Shown in pieces: positions 39,150 through 54,803 of a stretch of 64,000 bases of DNA. This stretch comes from Octopus sinensis. Lineage: Eukaryota. The position numbers and the translations under genes are program-made. The notes beneath the pieces are model-generated. The model was not told where the DNA came from. It was given only the letters and a program-made list of their open reading frames with translations, and made no database searches. Where the stretch lies: contig NC_042998.1 of NCBI RefSeq assembly GCF_006345805.1, positions 120,652,001-120,716,000 on the forward strand, given 5' to 3'. The stretch's first letter is position 1, and every line of letters begins with the position of its first letter.

Positions 39150-40400
39150 AATTAGGAGAAATTATAAAAATTTCACATAATGCACAAATTTGGTAAAACT
39201 TATATTTACATGAGATTACATTAGAGAACCAATTGAATAATGAGGTATTATAATGGCAAACAATAGCAAATGATTCTCTGAAATATGAATTACATATGTA
39301 ATGATTAACATTGTTTGGGATGCCCTCATGAACCATGGACCTGATCAAGCTATAGGGAATATCCTGGGACTTGAGTTGGTGTATATATGTAGCTAAGGAA
39401 GTTGAGGGTTTAGAGCAAGGGTACTCAACCATTTTTTATCTATGGACTCCCTCTAATTACAGTTTTATTCTGGTGGACCCCTTTGTAGCCATTCAATGTT
39501 TAAAAACTAGTTTTATAAATACATTTTACAAAATTCCTATTCTGTTTTTCACACTTTCACTTGTGTAGGTTGGACTACGTAAAATGTTAGAGAGAGAAAC
39601 CTAGCTGTTTTTTGCAATACATACATCTAAAGTGAAATTTTTTCAAGGGCCCTGAAAATACTAATGTGGATCCTCAATTTATTTTGTTGTGCCCCCCACC
39701 CGATCTTATATGGACCCTGGTTAAGAACCACTGGTTTAGAGGCTCCATTTGAAAATGAGTTTAGCTGAGCCCAATAGCAATCCTTGAAATCAATAGTACC
39801 ACCAATGGCCTGGTGGGAATGTGGAGTTATGACCCAACATTTATATACCACATTGTCACATAAACAAAATCCATCTAATGGACATATTCGGAAACCTAAC
39901 AATTACAGTGTTCTCCACTACCATTGGGCTTATGCCTAATCTCCACCCTATGCTACTTTATACAATCAGTTATCTTTGAGGTAGAACTAGAGGTGTTATC
40001 ATTTCCAGTATGGAGCTGGGAGAGGTTTCACCATAGTCACAAGTGTTATAGTTACACAAACCAAGGGCAATGATGCTAATATCACTATTGTTAAGGTGGG
40101 TTGGACTCTTGAAACTTGTAAAGTGAGTTCCCACTGGGTCAGGGCAGGGGCCAGATGAATGGTTCATAGGACCCACAATAATGTGGCTGTGCTTGCACCT
40201 ATTGGAGGAGGAATTTGTAGATCCCAAGTTAGGGGTTGTGGAGTATGAGATTTTAACAGATTTGTTGAAGATGGAGTAATATTTATGGTGGGGTAAGTAA
40301 TTAGAGCTAAGGATTTTGGGTAAAGATTTAATCTGGAGAGAATAGGGGTGCAAACTTTAAGCTCTCCCAATTTCTGCCCCTTGATGTTTTAGAACTTAGT
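39150..40400 (-). mobile_element. Penelope-like element remnant (RT C-terminus and GIY-YIG endonuclease), split by a MITE
   Basis: PHHKYYSIFNKSVKISYSTTPNL; CPLDGFCLCDNVVYKC...FKD...NSFSNGASKP, rejoining across the MITE to STSLATYIHQLKSQDIPYSLI...CN...RE.F.I. Confidence 0.8.
39416..39733. mobile_element. hAT-type MITE
   Basis: 8-bp target duplication gtttagag (39408-39415 and 39734-39741). Imperfect 15-bp TIR caagggtactcaacc / cagtggttcttaacc. Confidence 0.8.
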
Positions 40401-42989
40401 GTGTTGACCAAGCTAACCTGGAGATTATTCTATTTCTAGAATAGCTGGAGTACTGGACTAATATTGGCCATGGAGGAATACCATTCGTGGGGGGAGCAGG
40501 ATGGAAGAGGCAAGCCTGGAGAGCTTAGATTCTGTACCAAGAAAGAGAAGTTCAAGTTTAGTTTTCAGTCTAGTATTGAGAATATAGGAAATCCTCTTGA
40601 GGAAACCACTATTCCAGAAGGGTGTGATTATCAAAGATATCCTCATTGGCTGATAGTTTATAGGTTTTAATAGAAATACCTATAACTATGCAGATAAAAG
40701 GAAATCTCAGATGATTAGATTGGATATAGATATAGTGTAATGACTCATTTGGCTTATAGCAAGGCTAATAGAGATTAGCATCTAAGCCAAGAGTCACATC
40801 TAAAATGTTAGTTACTTCAGTACCATTTTTGAATGAGATAGACAGATTATAATTATTATAGGTTTTAATTTACATGTGAACACTTTAAAGTGGAATTTTA
40901 CAGCAGAAAACTAGGATTGGTCTTGAGGAGGTTGTTAAAATACAAAGCTGTTGATGTTCATAAACAACCTCAAGTTGACAGCTGCAAGGTGAAAATTCCA
41001 GGATGTTGACATTCTGGGAGAAAAGATAGGATGTAACAGATAGTGCAGGACTTATCAAGATTAGCACTATATGGATGATGAGGGGAGTAATGAGTGAGTC
41101 TGACCTCAGTGGATGTGGCACAACTTCAGTCAGCTTTGAGGAACATAGACTACAGTAGTAGTGCTAGAAATTATACAGCAAGCAGACAGAATATCTGCCA
41201 GCCAAATGTTGAAGGACCTCAGTTTGCCAGTCAATTCCGTGGTCTGATACAATATTGAGGTACAGTTTTAAGATATAAGATAAATTTAATGTTAAGCTTC
41301 ATTTAAGATATACTTCATGTAGCTCTCTTCAGCATATATTTGATATTAATATATATCTCAAATTTATTGTTTGGGAAGATGTTTGGGGGGGGGGTCCACA
41401 GAAATACAGGGTGTTTGGGCTAATTTGACAGTTTATATAAAAGAAAAGGAAAATACAATATCCCATCCAAAAATAAAAGCACTCTAAAAAATATCAACTA
41501 GATTCTGGCTGAAAGATAACAGTTTACTCAAAGTAGCCACCCTCAGCTTCCATCATGGCTTGAAAACTCTGGAACCTGGTGCATACGTTCTTCATTGTGT
41601 ACCTGGCAAGATCATCAAACACTTGCTTTTGGCCACCAACTCAACTTTGGTGTTGCAGACAGAGCAGTAGGTGTCTTTCACAACCATGCCCTAAATATTG
41701 TAAGTAGTATTAATACCAAAAGGTAATCTTTATGTCCATCTTAGCATGGATGTTTTGTTACAGCATAATACAGTATTCAGTGTTCTAACAAAACATTCAT
41801 GTAAGTTGGACATAAAGCTTGCCTTTTAGTCTTTATGCTCTTCAAAGACATTGACTGTTCATCAATATGTCAAGCAGTCCCTAAAAGAGGAGACATTCTG
41901 TATGCACATTAATAGCAAAATATCTGTTGAAAAGAAATTTCAAATACTGAAGTTATTGTTCTTGCATGGTCTTGACTGTAATGTCTTAAACACTCTACTC
42001 AGACAATGTATCTAGGATCAGAAATGATCCAATGCTTTTTTTTAAAGACAGTAGGTTTTGATTTTAGAAGAACTTGGTTGAAAACCAGGAGACTGAATGA
42101 TCATGTAGAGGCTCTCTCTTTAGTTACCCATATAAATAATAGTAATAATAGATGTCAACATACAGTGCGAGCCTTTTATGCCCAAGAAATTCATTTATCA
42201 GTAGGCAGGCTGAGTGAGATCAGTATAGTGTGGTTGAATAAAATTTGATCTGAGGTTTACTGTCAACCACATTAACCTGGTGTCTTCCTAACACCTAGGT
42301 AAACTGAGTGATAAACTGTGATCTAAGATGGAACCACATTGCCCTGACAAGTGGTCAGTAGTTTGAGATTAAACAGCATTAACCTGGTACCTGCTCCTCA
42401 TGTGAACTGGAATCTTGTTTGAGACTGAACCACATTAATTTAATATCTATTGCTGGCACCTAAACAAACTGACTGATAAATTGTGATCTGAGACTTAACC
42501 AGATTAATATGATGCCATTTCCTTCCAACAGTTGGGTGGGTTGTTGAAAGTGTCCTGTTTAGGGTCCCAACAAAACATCTGCAACATTTCACAGACTTTT
42601 ACTCCTGACTCATGAGCATCATGATGATGCAAGCTGATTTGTTCTCTGTTGAGTAACTTTGTTCCACATATTTATACATACATAAATGTAATAATAATCA
42701 TTGTCTCTTTCAACAACACAAAAATTGGGTCATCCCATAAATAGTGCAGTTTTTTTTATACTTCTTTTATTTTTCAAAATTAAGATAAACAAACTTCTTT
42801 TTTAATCTAAAATATATTCCCCTTCATTTTCTACAATGTTCTTCCATCTATCTGGTAAACTTGCAAGACCCCTGCCTCTTCCAAAATTCACTTGTCCATG
42901 ATGAAAAATACTCCTCTAGTAATGTTCTGACCTCATTTACAGATTATTTACATTTGACAGATATTTGTCCTCATCTTGTTTGTTGTTAA

Positions 42990-43030
42990 CATGTTTCGGC
43001 TGATGTACTCTCCAGATTTCATCAGGTGTC
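42990..43030 (-). ncRNA. Degenerate hammerhead-like motif
   Basis: Minus strand reads CUGAUGA-A-aucug(gagaguacau)cagcc-GAA-ACAUGU-U. Core and palindromic stem III are present, stem II is only partly paired and there is no stem I pairing. Confidence 0.4.
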
Positions 43031-43319
43031 CTGAGGGAATTTCGACCCTGGTTTATCATCATCATCATCGTTTAACATCTGTTTTCCATGCTGGCATGGG
43101 TTGGATGGTTTGACTGGGGTCTGGGAAGCCAGGAGGCTGCGCCAGGCTCCAATCTGATCATATATATATATATATATATATATGCATATATATACACATA
43201 CATATACACACCCAGACACACACACACATATATATGTACAAATACATATATATATATGTGTGCATATGTATATATATATATATATACACATCTATACATA
43301 TATATATATACACATATAC

Positions 43320-45200
43320 ATACAGTCATACCCAATGACTGGTGTAGCAGTACCATAATTAACTGCTACAAAGGTAAAGGTAATGCTTTAGATAGAAATA
43401 ACTACAGGGGTATCAAATTGCTGGATCAGGTGATGAAGGTCACGGAGAGGGTCATAGCCTAACTGAATAGGGAGAGAGTTAACCTAGATGAGATGCAGTT
43501 TGGTTTTGTTCCAGGCAGAAGCACCACTGATGCTATATCTCTGGTAAGACAACTGCAGGAGAAATATTGAGCCAAAGATAAACCTCTGTACTTGGCTTTT
43601 GTTGATTTGGAGAAGTCCTTTGACAGGGTCCCCTGATCCTTTATCTGGTGGTCAATGTGGAAACTAGGGATAGACGAATGGTTAGTGAGAGCTGTACAGG
43701 GATGCTGTCAGTAAGGTGAGGGTTGGCAACGAGTATAGTCAAGAAGTAGGGGTTCACCAAGGATCAGTCCTCAGCCCCTTCTTATTCCTCATAGTCCTCC
43801 AGGCAATAACAGAAGAATTCAAGAATTCTCTATGCTGATGACCTTACTCTTATAACTGAATCACAACCAGAACTAGAGAAGAAATTTCAGGTGTGGAAGC
43901 AAGGTTTAGAATCGAATGACCTTAGAGTCAATGTAGCAAAAACCAAAGTCCTAGTAAGTCCTCTTCAGGTAAATGGCTCTGCTCAATCTGTAGAAAAGGT
44001 GGAGGTAGAAGCTCCATAAGATGTACCCAGTGTAAGCTATGGACACATAAGAGGTGCAGTAATATCAAAGGATGCACAGGGGTAATAAACACTGAAGATG
44101 TTCAGAAGACAGATTCCATCACATGCCAGTGGAATAAATTCTAATTTCAGCTTCCTAGGTGACCAAGTCTGTAGTGGGGGTGGATGCTCTGAGAGAGTTG
44201 CCACTGGAATAAAAGTAGCCTGGGCAAAGTTCAGAAAGCTCCTACCTCTGCTGGAAACAAGGGCCTCTCACTCAGAGTGAAAAGTAGACTGTATGATGCA
44301 TGTGTGCAAACTGCCATGCTACACGGCAATGAAACATGGGCCATGACTGTTGAGGAGATATGTAGGCTTGAAAGGAATGAAGCTAGTATGCTTTGCTGAA
44401 TGTGTAATGTCAGTGTGCATGCACAACAGAGTGTAAGCATGATGGACATAAGTAGCATCAGATGTGATGTACAAGAGAGACGACTGCACTGGTATGGTCA
44501 TGTGCTGCATATGGATGAGAGCTGTGTGAAGAAGCATTACACCCTAACAGTAGAAGGAATCTGTGGAAGAGGAAGACATGGGATGAGGTGGTGAAGCATG
44601 ACCTTCAAACATTGGGCCTCACAGAGGCAATGACCTTTGGAGATATGCTGTGATTGAGAAGACCCAGCAAGTAAAGTAATATCATAACTGTAGCTTACAC
44701 CAGTATCACATAACCAGCCCATTTAAAAGTATCCATGAATCATTGGGCGATTCGCTGAACTTGAGAAGACTTATTGAGTCAAGTAAAATCAAAATCAAAA
44801 TCAAAATCAAATCAAGATTGAAATCAAAATGGAAATTGTAGTTGTGGCTGATGCCAGTGCGGCCTGACTAGCACCCGTGCTGGTGGGATGTAATAAGCAC
44901 CACTTAAGCATGGGTCAATGCCAGTGCCATCTGGCTGGCTTCCTATGATGGTAGCACATAAAAAGCACCATCCAAACATGGTTGATGCCAGTGCCGCCTG
45001 ACTGGCTCCTGTGCCAGTGAAACTTAAATATCACCCACTACACCCTCAGAGTGGTTGGCGTTAGGAAGGGCATCCAGCTGTAGAAACTCTCCCAGATCAG
45101 ATTGGAGCTTGGTGCAGCCATCTGGTTCGCCAGTCCTCAGTCAAATCATCCAACCCATGCTAGCATGGAAAGCGGACGTTAAAAGATGATGATGATGATG
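43320..45200 (+). mobile_element. 5'-truncated decayed RTE LINE: RT, PHD-like insert, 3' UTR and (GAT)n tail
   Basis: [18 protein letters not shown]...NYRGIKLLDQVMKV, QFGFVPGRSTTDAI, LAFVDLEKSFDRVP, GVHQGSVLSP, YADD. Then the 3' UTR ending ggacgttaaaagatgatgatg. Confidence 0.9.
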
Positions 45201-46459
45201 ATATATACACACACACACACATTCTTCTCTTAACAATGTAATAATAGAATTAGATAAAATTGGGTGAAGGATTTTAAAAGAATACTAGTGTTATGTTGTA
45301 GAGAACTACGAGTCTATTCTTCTCAGCTGCATTGAATTTTTTCTGAATTTTTATTCAAAAACAAAGACAATAAAGGAGACACATGCCTGGACTTCACATG
45401 ATAAACCATTGCATGTCAGAGCATGCAGTGCAGTTCTCAGCTTGATAGAAGCATGGTATTCTAACTTAATGTGTGAATTTCAACCAACCTGTTTAATCAG
45501 GTATATCTAAGGGAGGAAGAGATATACAAAGCATTATTGTATTAATTGATGTTGTTTAGCCCCAGGTTAAATAGACCTATTCAAAGCATTCCACCTGTGA
45601 CTATCCCAATTTTATAACGGTATTTAGGACATTATTTGATAATCTCCTTTTTCTAGTTGATAGTGTGTTAGTTCAGGGAAATTTAACTACTATTTCTAGC
45701 AGTTTGAATGACCACAGAGATTCCTCATTTAGTTTTACATTGCTTTGTTTTTTAACATTGAGACATAGTTACAAATCTGGAGGAAAGGAACAATCTGTTA
45801 TATCCTGGCCTTGCTACAAATTTAGGGAGAAGAAACAGTCCGCTTTATCTTCCCCAGTATATGTATAGTATTTATTTTATTGATTTCAGAAGGATGAAAG
45901 ATAAACGCAGCCTCAATAGGATTTGAACTCAAAATGTAAAGGAATGCAACTAAAACCCACAACAATCTGCTGATTCTGCCAACCCAACAGTTTATCATAA
46001 GTTACAAAAATTTGTTGTTGTTTAGGCCCAGTTAAGATCTGATCAAGTAAACCTATGTTCAGAGGCATTCCAACTATAACAGGCTCGTCTTTTTTAAGAC
46101 TCATCATTCCATTTTTAAGTTGTATATTATATGAGTAAGAATTTATCTGCTATTTCTGGCAAATTGAGTGATCATGTAAGATGCTCCAACTTGAGATTGC
46201 ACATAACTGGTGATAGTTATTAACCTTGCTTTTACCTACTTGTAAAACTAGTAAAATGCTTTACTTTTGTTTTTTCCATTTCTTTATCAACTCATATGCA
46301 CAGTCACTTGCCCTTATTGATAAAACACTGAACTTTAAAGTAAATAAACCATAGTTTATCTTCATGAATAGTTGATGCAATGCATATACACACACACATA
46401 CATATACAAAGATGTGCGTGTGTATTTATATTTATATATATATATATATAGCCCTGCCA

Positions 46460-46501
<42 letters not shown>

Positions 46502-46820
46502 TGAATTAGAGATAAAACCACTATTAGGCAACTCAAACAGTGATAGACATAAACCAAAACATAAAAAAATAATAATATAATGTACAATATATATATAGAA
46601 TATAAAATTAAAAATTTTAATTTAAAATTTAAATTAAAATTTGAAATTTTAAAATTTATATTTATAAATTATTATATTTTTATATTTAAAAAAAAAATTT
46701 TAATTTTAAATTATTAAAATGAGAACCTCAATAGCATACATATATATCTTATAATTCAATACATATAAGATAAGAATACAAATTATAAAAGTCATAATAT
46801 AAATTATTGAAATCATTAAA

Positions 46821-46962
46821 ATCACTTCTTACAGCTGTTTCAGCCTATGGCTAAAAGTAGTTATTTTTATTTTTATTGCCTATAGGTGTCAACATACTGA
46901 GGTTGTAGGCATTTAAAAATAGGATATTTATATATATAACCATAGGCCTCATCAGAGGTGAT
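46821..46962 (-). ncRNA. Type I hammerhead-like motif with an 89-nt loop II
   Basis: Minus strand reads AUCACCU-CUGAUGA-GGCCUAUGG-[89 nt]-CCAUAGGCU-GAA-ACAGCUGU-A-AGAAGUGAU. Intact core, 9-bp stem II, palindromic stem III, GUA site, bulged stem I. Confidence 0.7.
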
Positions 46963-47479
46963 AAGGAACTTTAAAAATATTAATATTAATACATTAAACA
47001 TGATACACGTATTCTTTAATATATATAAAAAAATATAACATATATATATATATGTATATACATACATACATGTGTGTATGTATATATATGTATACCCACA
47101 CACACACATACACACACATACATCATCATCATCATTTAGCATCTGTTTCCTATGCTAATATAGGTAAGATAGTTTGACTGGAGCTGGTAAGCCAGAGAGC
47201 TGCATGAGGCTCCAGATTGTTTTGGCTTGGTTTCTGCAGCTGGATGCTCTTCCTAACACTAACCACTCCAGAGTGTGCTGGGTGTCTTTTATGCCACTGG
47301 CAGGGGTACCTTTTATGTGTCACTAACACTGGCTGTGACTATGATTTTATTCGGCTTGACGTTTCTTCTCAAGCACACCAAATCACCAAAAGTCCCACTC
47401 ACTTGTCAACACCTGTGTGAGACTCAACATGCAAAGATTATATTTCACCACTTTGTCCTACATCTTCCTGAGATTACCT

Positions 47480-48450
47480 CTTTCACAGCTTCCCTCCATA
47501 GTTAGAGATCAGCACTTCTTCATGCAGCTGTCTTCGTCCATACACATCACATAACCATACCAGTGCAGCCTTCTCTCTTACACACTACATCTGATGCTTC
47601 TTATACCCAATTTTACACTTACACTGTCGTTTGTGCACACTGATATTGCACATCCAGCAGAGCATATTGGCTTCATTTCTTTCAAGCCTTTGCATGTCCT
47701 CTGCAGTCACAGCCCATGTCTCACTGTCATGTAGCATGACTGTTCACACACAGACATCATGTAATTTGTCTTTCAGTCTGAGGGAGAGGTCCTTTGTTAC
47801 CAACATAGGTAGAATCTCTCTGAACTTTGCCCAGTCCATTGTTATTCTAGCAGCTATGCTCTCAGAGCATCCTCCTCCTCTGCTGACTTGGCTACCTAGA
47901 TAATGGAAGCTGTCTACTACTTCTTAGTATCCCCCCACCTAGGCTTTTGACAATTTATATTTTCTGAGCATTTCTAGTGTTTATTGTACCTATAGTCTGC
48001 TACACACAATGACTACTTTCTCTGTTAACCTTCCTCTGATATTGCTGCACTTCTTATGTGTCCATAGCTTGAACTGGGTACACCTTATGGAGTTCTACCT
48101 ACACCGTTTCTACATATAGAGCAGGGTCACCTCCTTAAAGGGATTTGTGATTTGTCTGTTTTCCTACTTACTAAGATTTTCATCTTTGCTTAATTAACTC
48201 TAAAGCTCTTTGCTTCCAGACCTTGAAATTCCTCTGTTTTAGCCATGAAGATTATGAAGAACAAGAGGATGCTAAGAACTGATCCTGTACACTGACTTCA
48301 TTGCTATACTCACTGCCAACCTACACCTTACTGACAGTATCCCTGTACATGGCTTGTACAGCTCTCACCAACCAATCATCTACTTATCTGCAATGACCAC
48401 CAGATAAAGAAGTGGGGACCCTGTCAAAGGCTTTCTCCATGTCATACATA
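47480..48450 (-). mobile_element. Decayed RTE LINE, RT C-terminal part
   Basis: Reverse complement of the same RT/thumb sequence seen at 16180-17170 and 43700-44650 (for example AFDRVP and W..GLESK.L.V). Confidence 0.8.
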
Positions 48451-48999
48451 TATGTGTTTCAACCGTTGGATTGTGGTCAAGTGTTTACTTGAACAAATCG
48501 ACCCAGTACTTCTTTTTAAGCCTGGTACTTACTCTATCAGTCTCTTTTGCCAAACTGCTCGGTTATGGGAGATGTAAACAAACACCAGTTATCAAGCAGT
48601 AGTGGGGAATAAACACAAGTATAAAGACACACACACATAGATACATATATATATATATATTCATACATATATGCATGTGCACACACACACACACACATAC
48701 ATGATTGTCTTCCATCTAACAAATCCTCTCAGAAGGCTTTGATTGGCCTAGTAAAAGACACTTCTCCAAAGAGTTACACACTGGTACTGAACCCAGAACC
48801 ATGTGGGTGGGAAGCAAGCTTCTTACTACACAGTCATGCCAGAGCCTATATATATATATATATATCATCATCATTTAATGTCTATGGTCTATGTTGGCAT
48901 GGGTTGGACAGTTTGACCAGGACTGGCAAGCTGCAAGGCTGAACCAGACTCCAGTCTTATTTGGCACAGTTTCCACAGCTCGATGCTCTTCCTAAAGCC

Positions 49000-51740
49000 A
49001 ACTACTCTGTGTAATGGCTGCTTAATTGTGCCATTTGCATGACACCGGCATCTGTCAAAACTGCGATTTTGTTCAGCTTGAGGGATCTTCTTCTAAAGCA
49101 CGACATAATTCCAAAGGTCTCGGTCATTGCCTCTGAGAGGCCCAGCACTCAAAAGGAACTCACCTCCATGAGGTCCAAAGCTCAAAAGGTACTCGCCTCT
49201 GAGAGGCCCAACACTCTAAAGGAACTCACCTCTGTGAGACCCAATGCTTGAAAGGTGCTCTTTATGCACCACCAACACAGGTACCAGTTACATGACACCA
49301 GCATCAGTCATGACTACAATTTCACTTGGCTTGTCAGGTCTTCTCAATCACAGCATATTGCCAAAGACCTCGGTTGCTGTGAAACTCAAAGTTCAAAGAT
49401 CATGATTCACCACCTTGTCCTATGTCTTCCTGGGTCTACTGCTTCCACAGGTTCCCTCCATAGTTAGAGATCGGTACTTCTGTACACAGCTGTCCTCATC
49501 CACATGCATCACATGATCATACCAGTGCAGTCATCTCTCTTGCACACCACATCTGATTCCTCTTATGCCTAATTTTTCTCTCAAGATGCTTACACTCTGT
49601 CAAACATGCACACTGATATTACACATCCAGCGAAGCATACTGGCTTCATTTCTTTGAAGCCTACATATGTCCTCGGTTGTCACAACCCATGTTTCACTGC
49701 CATGTAGCATAGCTGTTCACACACAGGTATCATACAATCTGCCTTTCAGCCTGAGAGATAAGCTTTTTGTTGCCAACAGAAGTAGGAGCTCTCTGAACTT
49801 TGCCCATCCTAATCTTATTCTCACAGCTACACTCAGGGCATTCACCTCCACTACTAATTTGGTCACCTAAATAATGGAAGCTATCTACTACCTTTAGCTT
49901 GTTTCCCTGACAGTTGATGGAGTCAAAAGCTAGTTTCCCTGTTAAACTTCCTCTGATATTGCTGCATCTTTTATGTGTCCAAAACTTAAACCAGGTGCAT
50001 CTCCAAGTCAACAAATGCCAAGTACAGAGGTTTATCTTTGGTTAGGTATTTCTCCTCCAGCTGCCTTACCAGAAATATAGCATTAGTGGTGCTTCTACCT
50101 GGAACAAAACCAAAATGCGTCTCATCTAGACTCTTTTCCTAATTAGTTGGGCTATGGCCCTCTCCGTAACTTTCATCACCTGATCCAACAATTTGATACC
50201 TTTGTAGCAATTCACTATGGTGCAGGTACACCAGTCATTGGGTATGACTCCATAAACCACCTGATTTACAATACGGGTGACTAAACCATAACCCACACCA
50301 CCAGATATTTTAAGCATCTCAGTAATGATGCCTCATGGGCCGGGAGTTTTCTCTCTCTTCATATCCTTAATTGCTTTATCTATAAGGGTACTGTTGATTC
50401 AGGTAATTTGTCTCTCAATTGGGTCAACATTTGGCAGACTCTCCTCCTCCCATTTATTCTCCATGTTCAGCAGTCTTTCATAGTGGTATCACCAAGCCTC
50501 TTCCTTTGCAGAATCATTAAATGCAAGTGCACCATCATCCATACAAACACATTTCTCTCCTATGACATCACAATTTTCTCTCACACACTGTCTTGCAATC
50601 CAAAATATTTCAGTTGTTTGACCCTCACATCACTGAACATAGTCAAACGTCTTTTCTGCTTCTCCCTTGGCTAGATATACCTGTCTCCTAGCTTCCCTTC
50701 TGGCTATCTGATACAGTGCCCTGCTAGCCCAACTCTTCCAGGCCTGTTTCTTTGCTCTAATGGCCCTGTCTACAGTATTGTTCTATCACCATGTTACCCT
50801 AGGTCTTGAAGGAACTTTGCACCAACCACAGATTTAGTCTGTGTCACTCAGCAAGCTGTACAAGATCCCAGTTGCCCTCTATGTCACAAGTCTGTAGCTC
50901 TTCCTCCCTATCATCAAATTTCTCAATTTGGATGTCCCTAAATCTCTGACCATATGAAGGGTCTTTAAGCTTCCAAATCTTTCTTTTCTAGATTGGTATG
51001 CTTCTTGGCATCCTTCTGGTCTGAAGTCTAAAGTCACTAATGACTAGTCTATGCTGGGGTGGGTGTAGGTGTACATTCTTCAACAGGGAGGGTCTTTGTA
51101 TTTAAAAGCAACCACGCATCCTGCTTTCTGATGAGAATTTAATTGATCTGGCTACCTGGCTTCCTGAAATTGGTGCTACAGATCAATAGGTTATTTGCAT
51201 CACAGAATCCCAGTAGCTTCGTTCCCTCTTCGTTTGGGGAACCAATTTTATGGCACCCATGTACACCATAGAAGAAGCCAGGCTGCTGTTCAACATGCCC
51301 ATTGAAATCCTCAGCCTCAAAGATGAGATCATTGTCCCTTGTCTTCGAGGTAGCCTGCAGAAGAATATCATAAAAATGGTCCTTCTGTTCATTTGTTAGG
51401 CCTGCTTTTGGGGTGTAGGTAGTGATAATTGTAGCTATACTATTCTGCAAGACTAGCCTGAGCTTAAGCATTCTATTGCGCATCACCTATTCCATCATTG
51501 TTACCTTCCCAGAAGATTCTATACTTATGTATCTTGCCTGTGAGGAGCCTGGCTGAAACTCTTCACCTTACCTCTTAGATGCAGCATACGTCAACATGCC
51601 TTGGTTCAAGTATCTCAACAATCTCACTAGACCTACATTTCAATGTGCCTACATTGACAGTGCCGACTCTGAAAACTGGGAAAGAGATGTGGGAGGGACA
51701 TGGAAAGGAGAGATGTTATTCAGCACCTGAAAAGAAGGTT
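49000..51740 (-). mobile_element. Long decayed RTE LINE with endonuclease, internally deleted RT and 3' UTR
   Basis: FRVGTVNVGTL...EIVEILEPRHVDVCC (about 51600-51680); EN segment YTPKAGLTNEQKDHFYDILL...DFNGHVE...GVHG...NEEGTKLLGFCDANNLLICSTNFRK; IPNDWC...KVTERAIA. Deletion between LAFVDL and HKRCSNI. 66-bp tandem duplication in the 3' UTR (49131-49260). Confidence 0.88.
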
Positions 51741-51959
51741 TCTGTGATCATTTGATAACAAACATATCACATCAGTTGTTCTTGCTTGTAACCTATCATC
51801 ATTCAAATGTTAAAATTGTTGTTTCTACTGGGGGGTAAGAGTAATATAAGCATTGTAAATATAAGTGTTATGAGCATTATAAATATAAGCGTTACAGCTG
51901 CAAATACAAATATGCCAATGCTAAATTAAGTCAGTAAATGGGCAGCTACTTTGTTAGTG

Positions 51960-53830
<1,871 letters not shown>

Positions 53831-53852
53831 ATATATATATATAAATATATGC

Positions 53853-54600
53853 ATACAGGATGCGATGGGTAAATTGTTGCCATTTTATATTTTTAATTTT
53901 GCACATGCACGTTTGTTTTTGATTTTGTCGACTACACAGTATAGTAGGGTCAGTTGGGCAACGTCTGTGAGAAAAAACGGCACCATGACGCAGTTCACTC
54001 AACCAGAAATTTGGAAAAGCATGCTGTACTGCTTGGCATTTGTACCGGAAGCTCCAATATGAACATGTACTGAGAGTGATAAAAATCAAGCATGTAGTCA
54101 ACATCATGGTGTTTGGAGTGATCACTAGTGATGGCAATGTTATGCTTTCATCCATCTTCCCACATGGCCTCAGACTCAACATAGAGGCATACATCAAGTG
54201 CCTGGAAGTTGTAGTGCTGCTCCGGGTGAAGAGAGTGGCTGCTGGAAGACCCTATGTCTTGCAACAGGACTCTGTACCTTGCCACATATGCAGGAGAACA
54301 CAGTTATGGTTGCCAGACAATTTCTGCAATCACATCACCCCTAACTGCAACCCCCTTGATTATTATGTGTGGAGCGTAGTTGAGAGAGAGAGAGACCATC
54401 AAAATTCCTTGTAACACCAAAGACAAACTGAAGGCAACGATTATGGTAGCAAATTAAACAAGAAGACCATCCAGAAGAGTTGCAGGAAATTCTAAAGTCT
54501 TCTGGAGGCTGTGGTTGAAGTTAATGGCGATTTTATTGAATAAATTTACTCTTTAGTATTTCAAGATATTTTTATGTAATTTTGGTAAATATGCCTGTTA
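53853..54600 (+). mobile_element. Tc1/mariner transposase fragment (maT/DD37D-like)
   Basis: IMVFGVITSDG...YIKCLEVVVL...GRPYVLQQDSVPCH...NPLDYYVWSVVE contains the second and third catalytic motif regions. Internal deletions present. Subfamily call is tentative. Confidence 0.8.
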
Positions 54601-54803
54601 AAATGAAATGTCATTTTTGCATAATTTCTTTCATGTAAATAAATCATATTTAGCTGTTATTTCTAGCACGTAATTTTCTTTCATGTAAATAAATGTTTAT
54701 GTTAATTTAAAAGAAAAATATGAATGTGTCTGTGGCTTACAATTGACTAAAATTACCAAAATTTTCAAACTTTAATTACTAATAACTCTGTATTTATTGA
54801 ACC

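Noticed and set aside
41285-41335. Minus-strand ctgaagagagct...agcttaac resembling a hammerhead
   Set aside because: Lacks GAAA and has no stem III or stem I support. Too degenerate.
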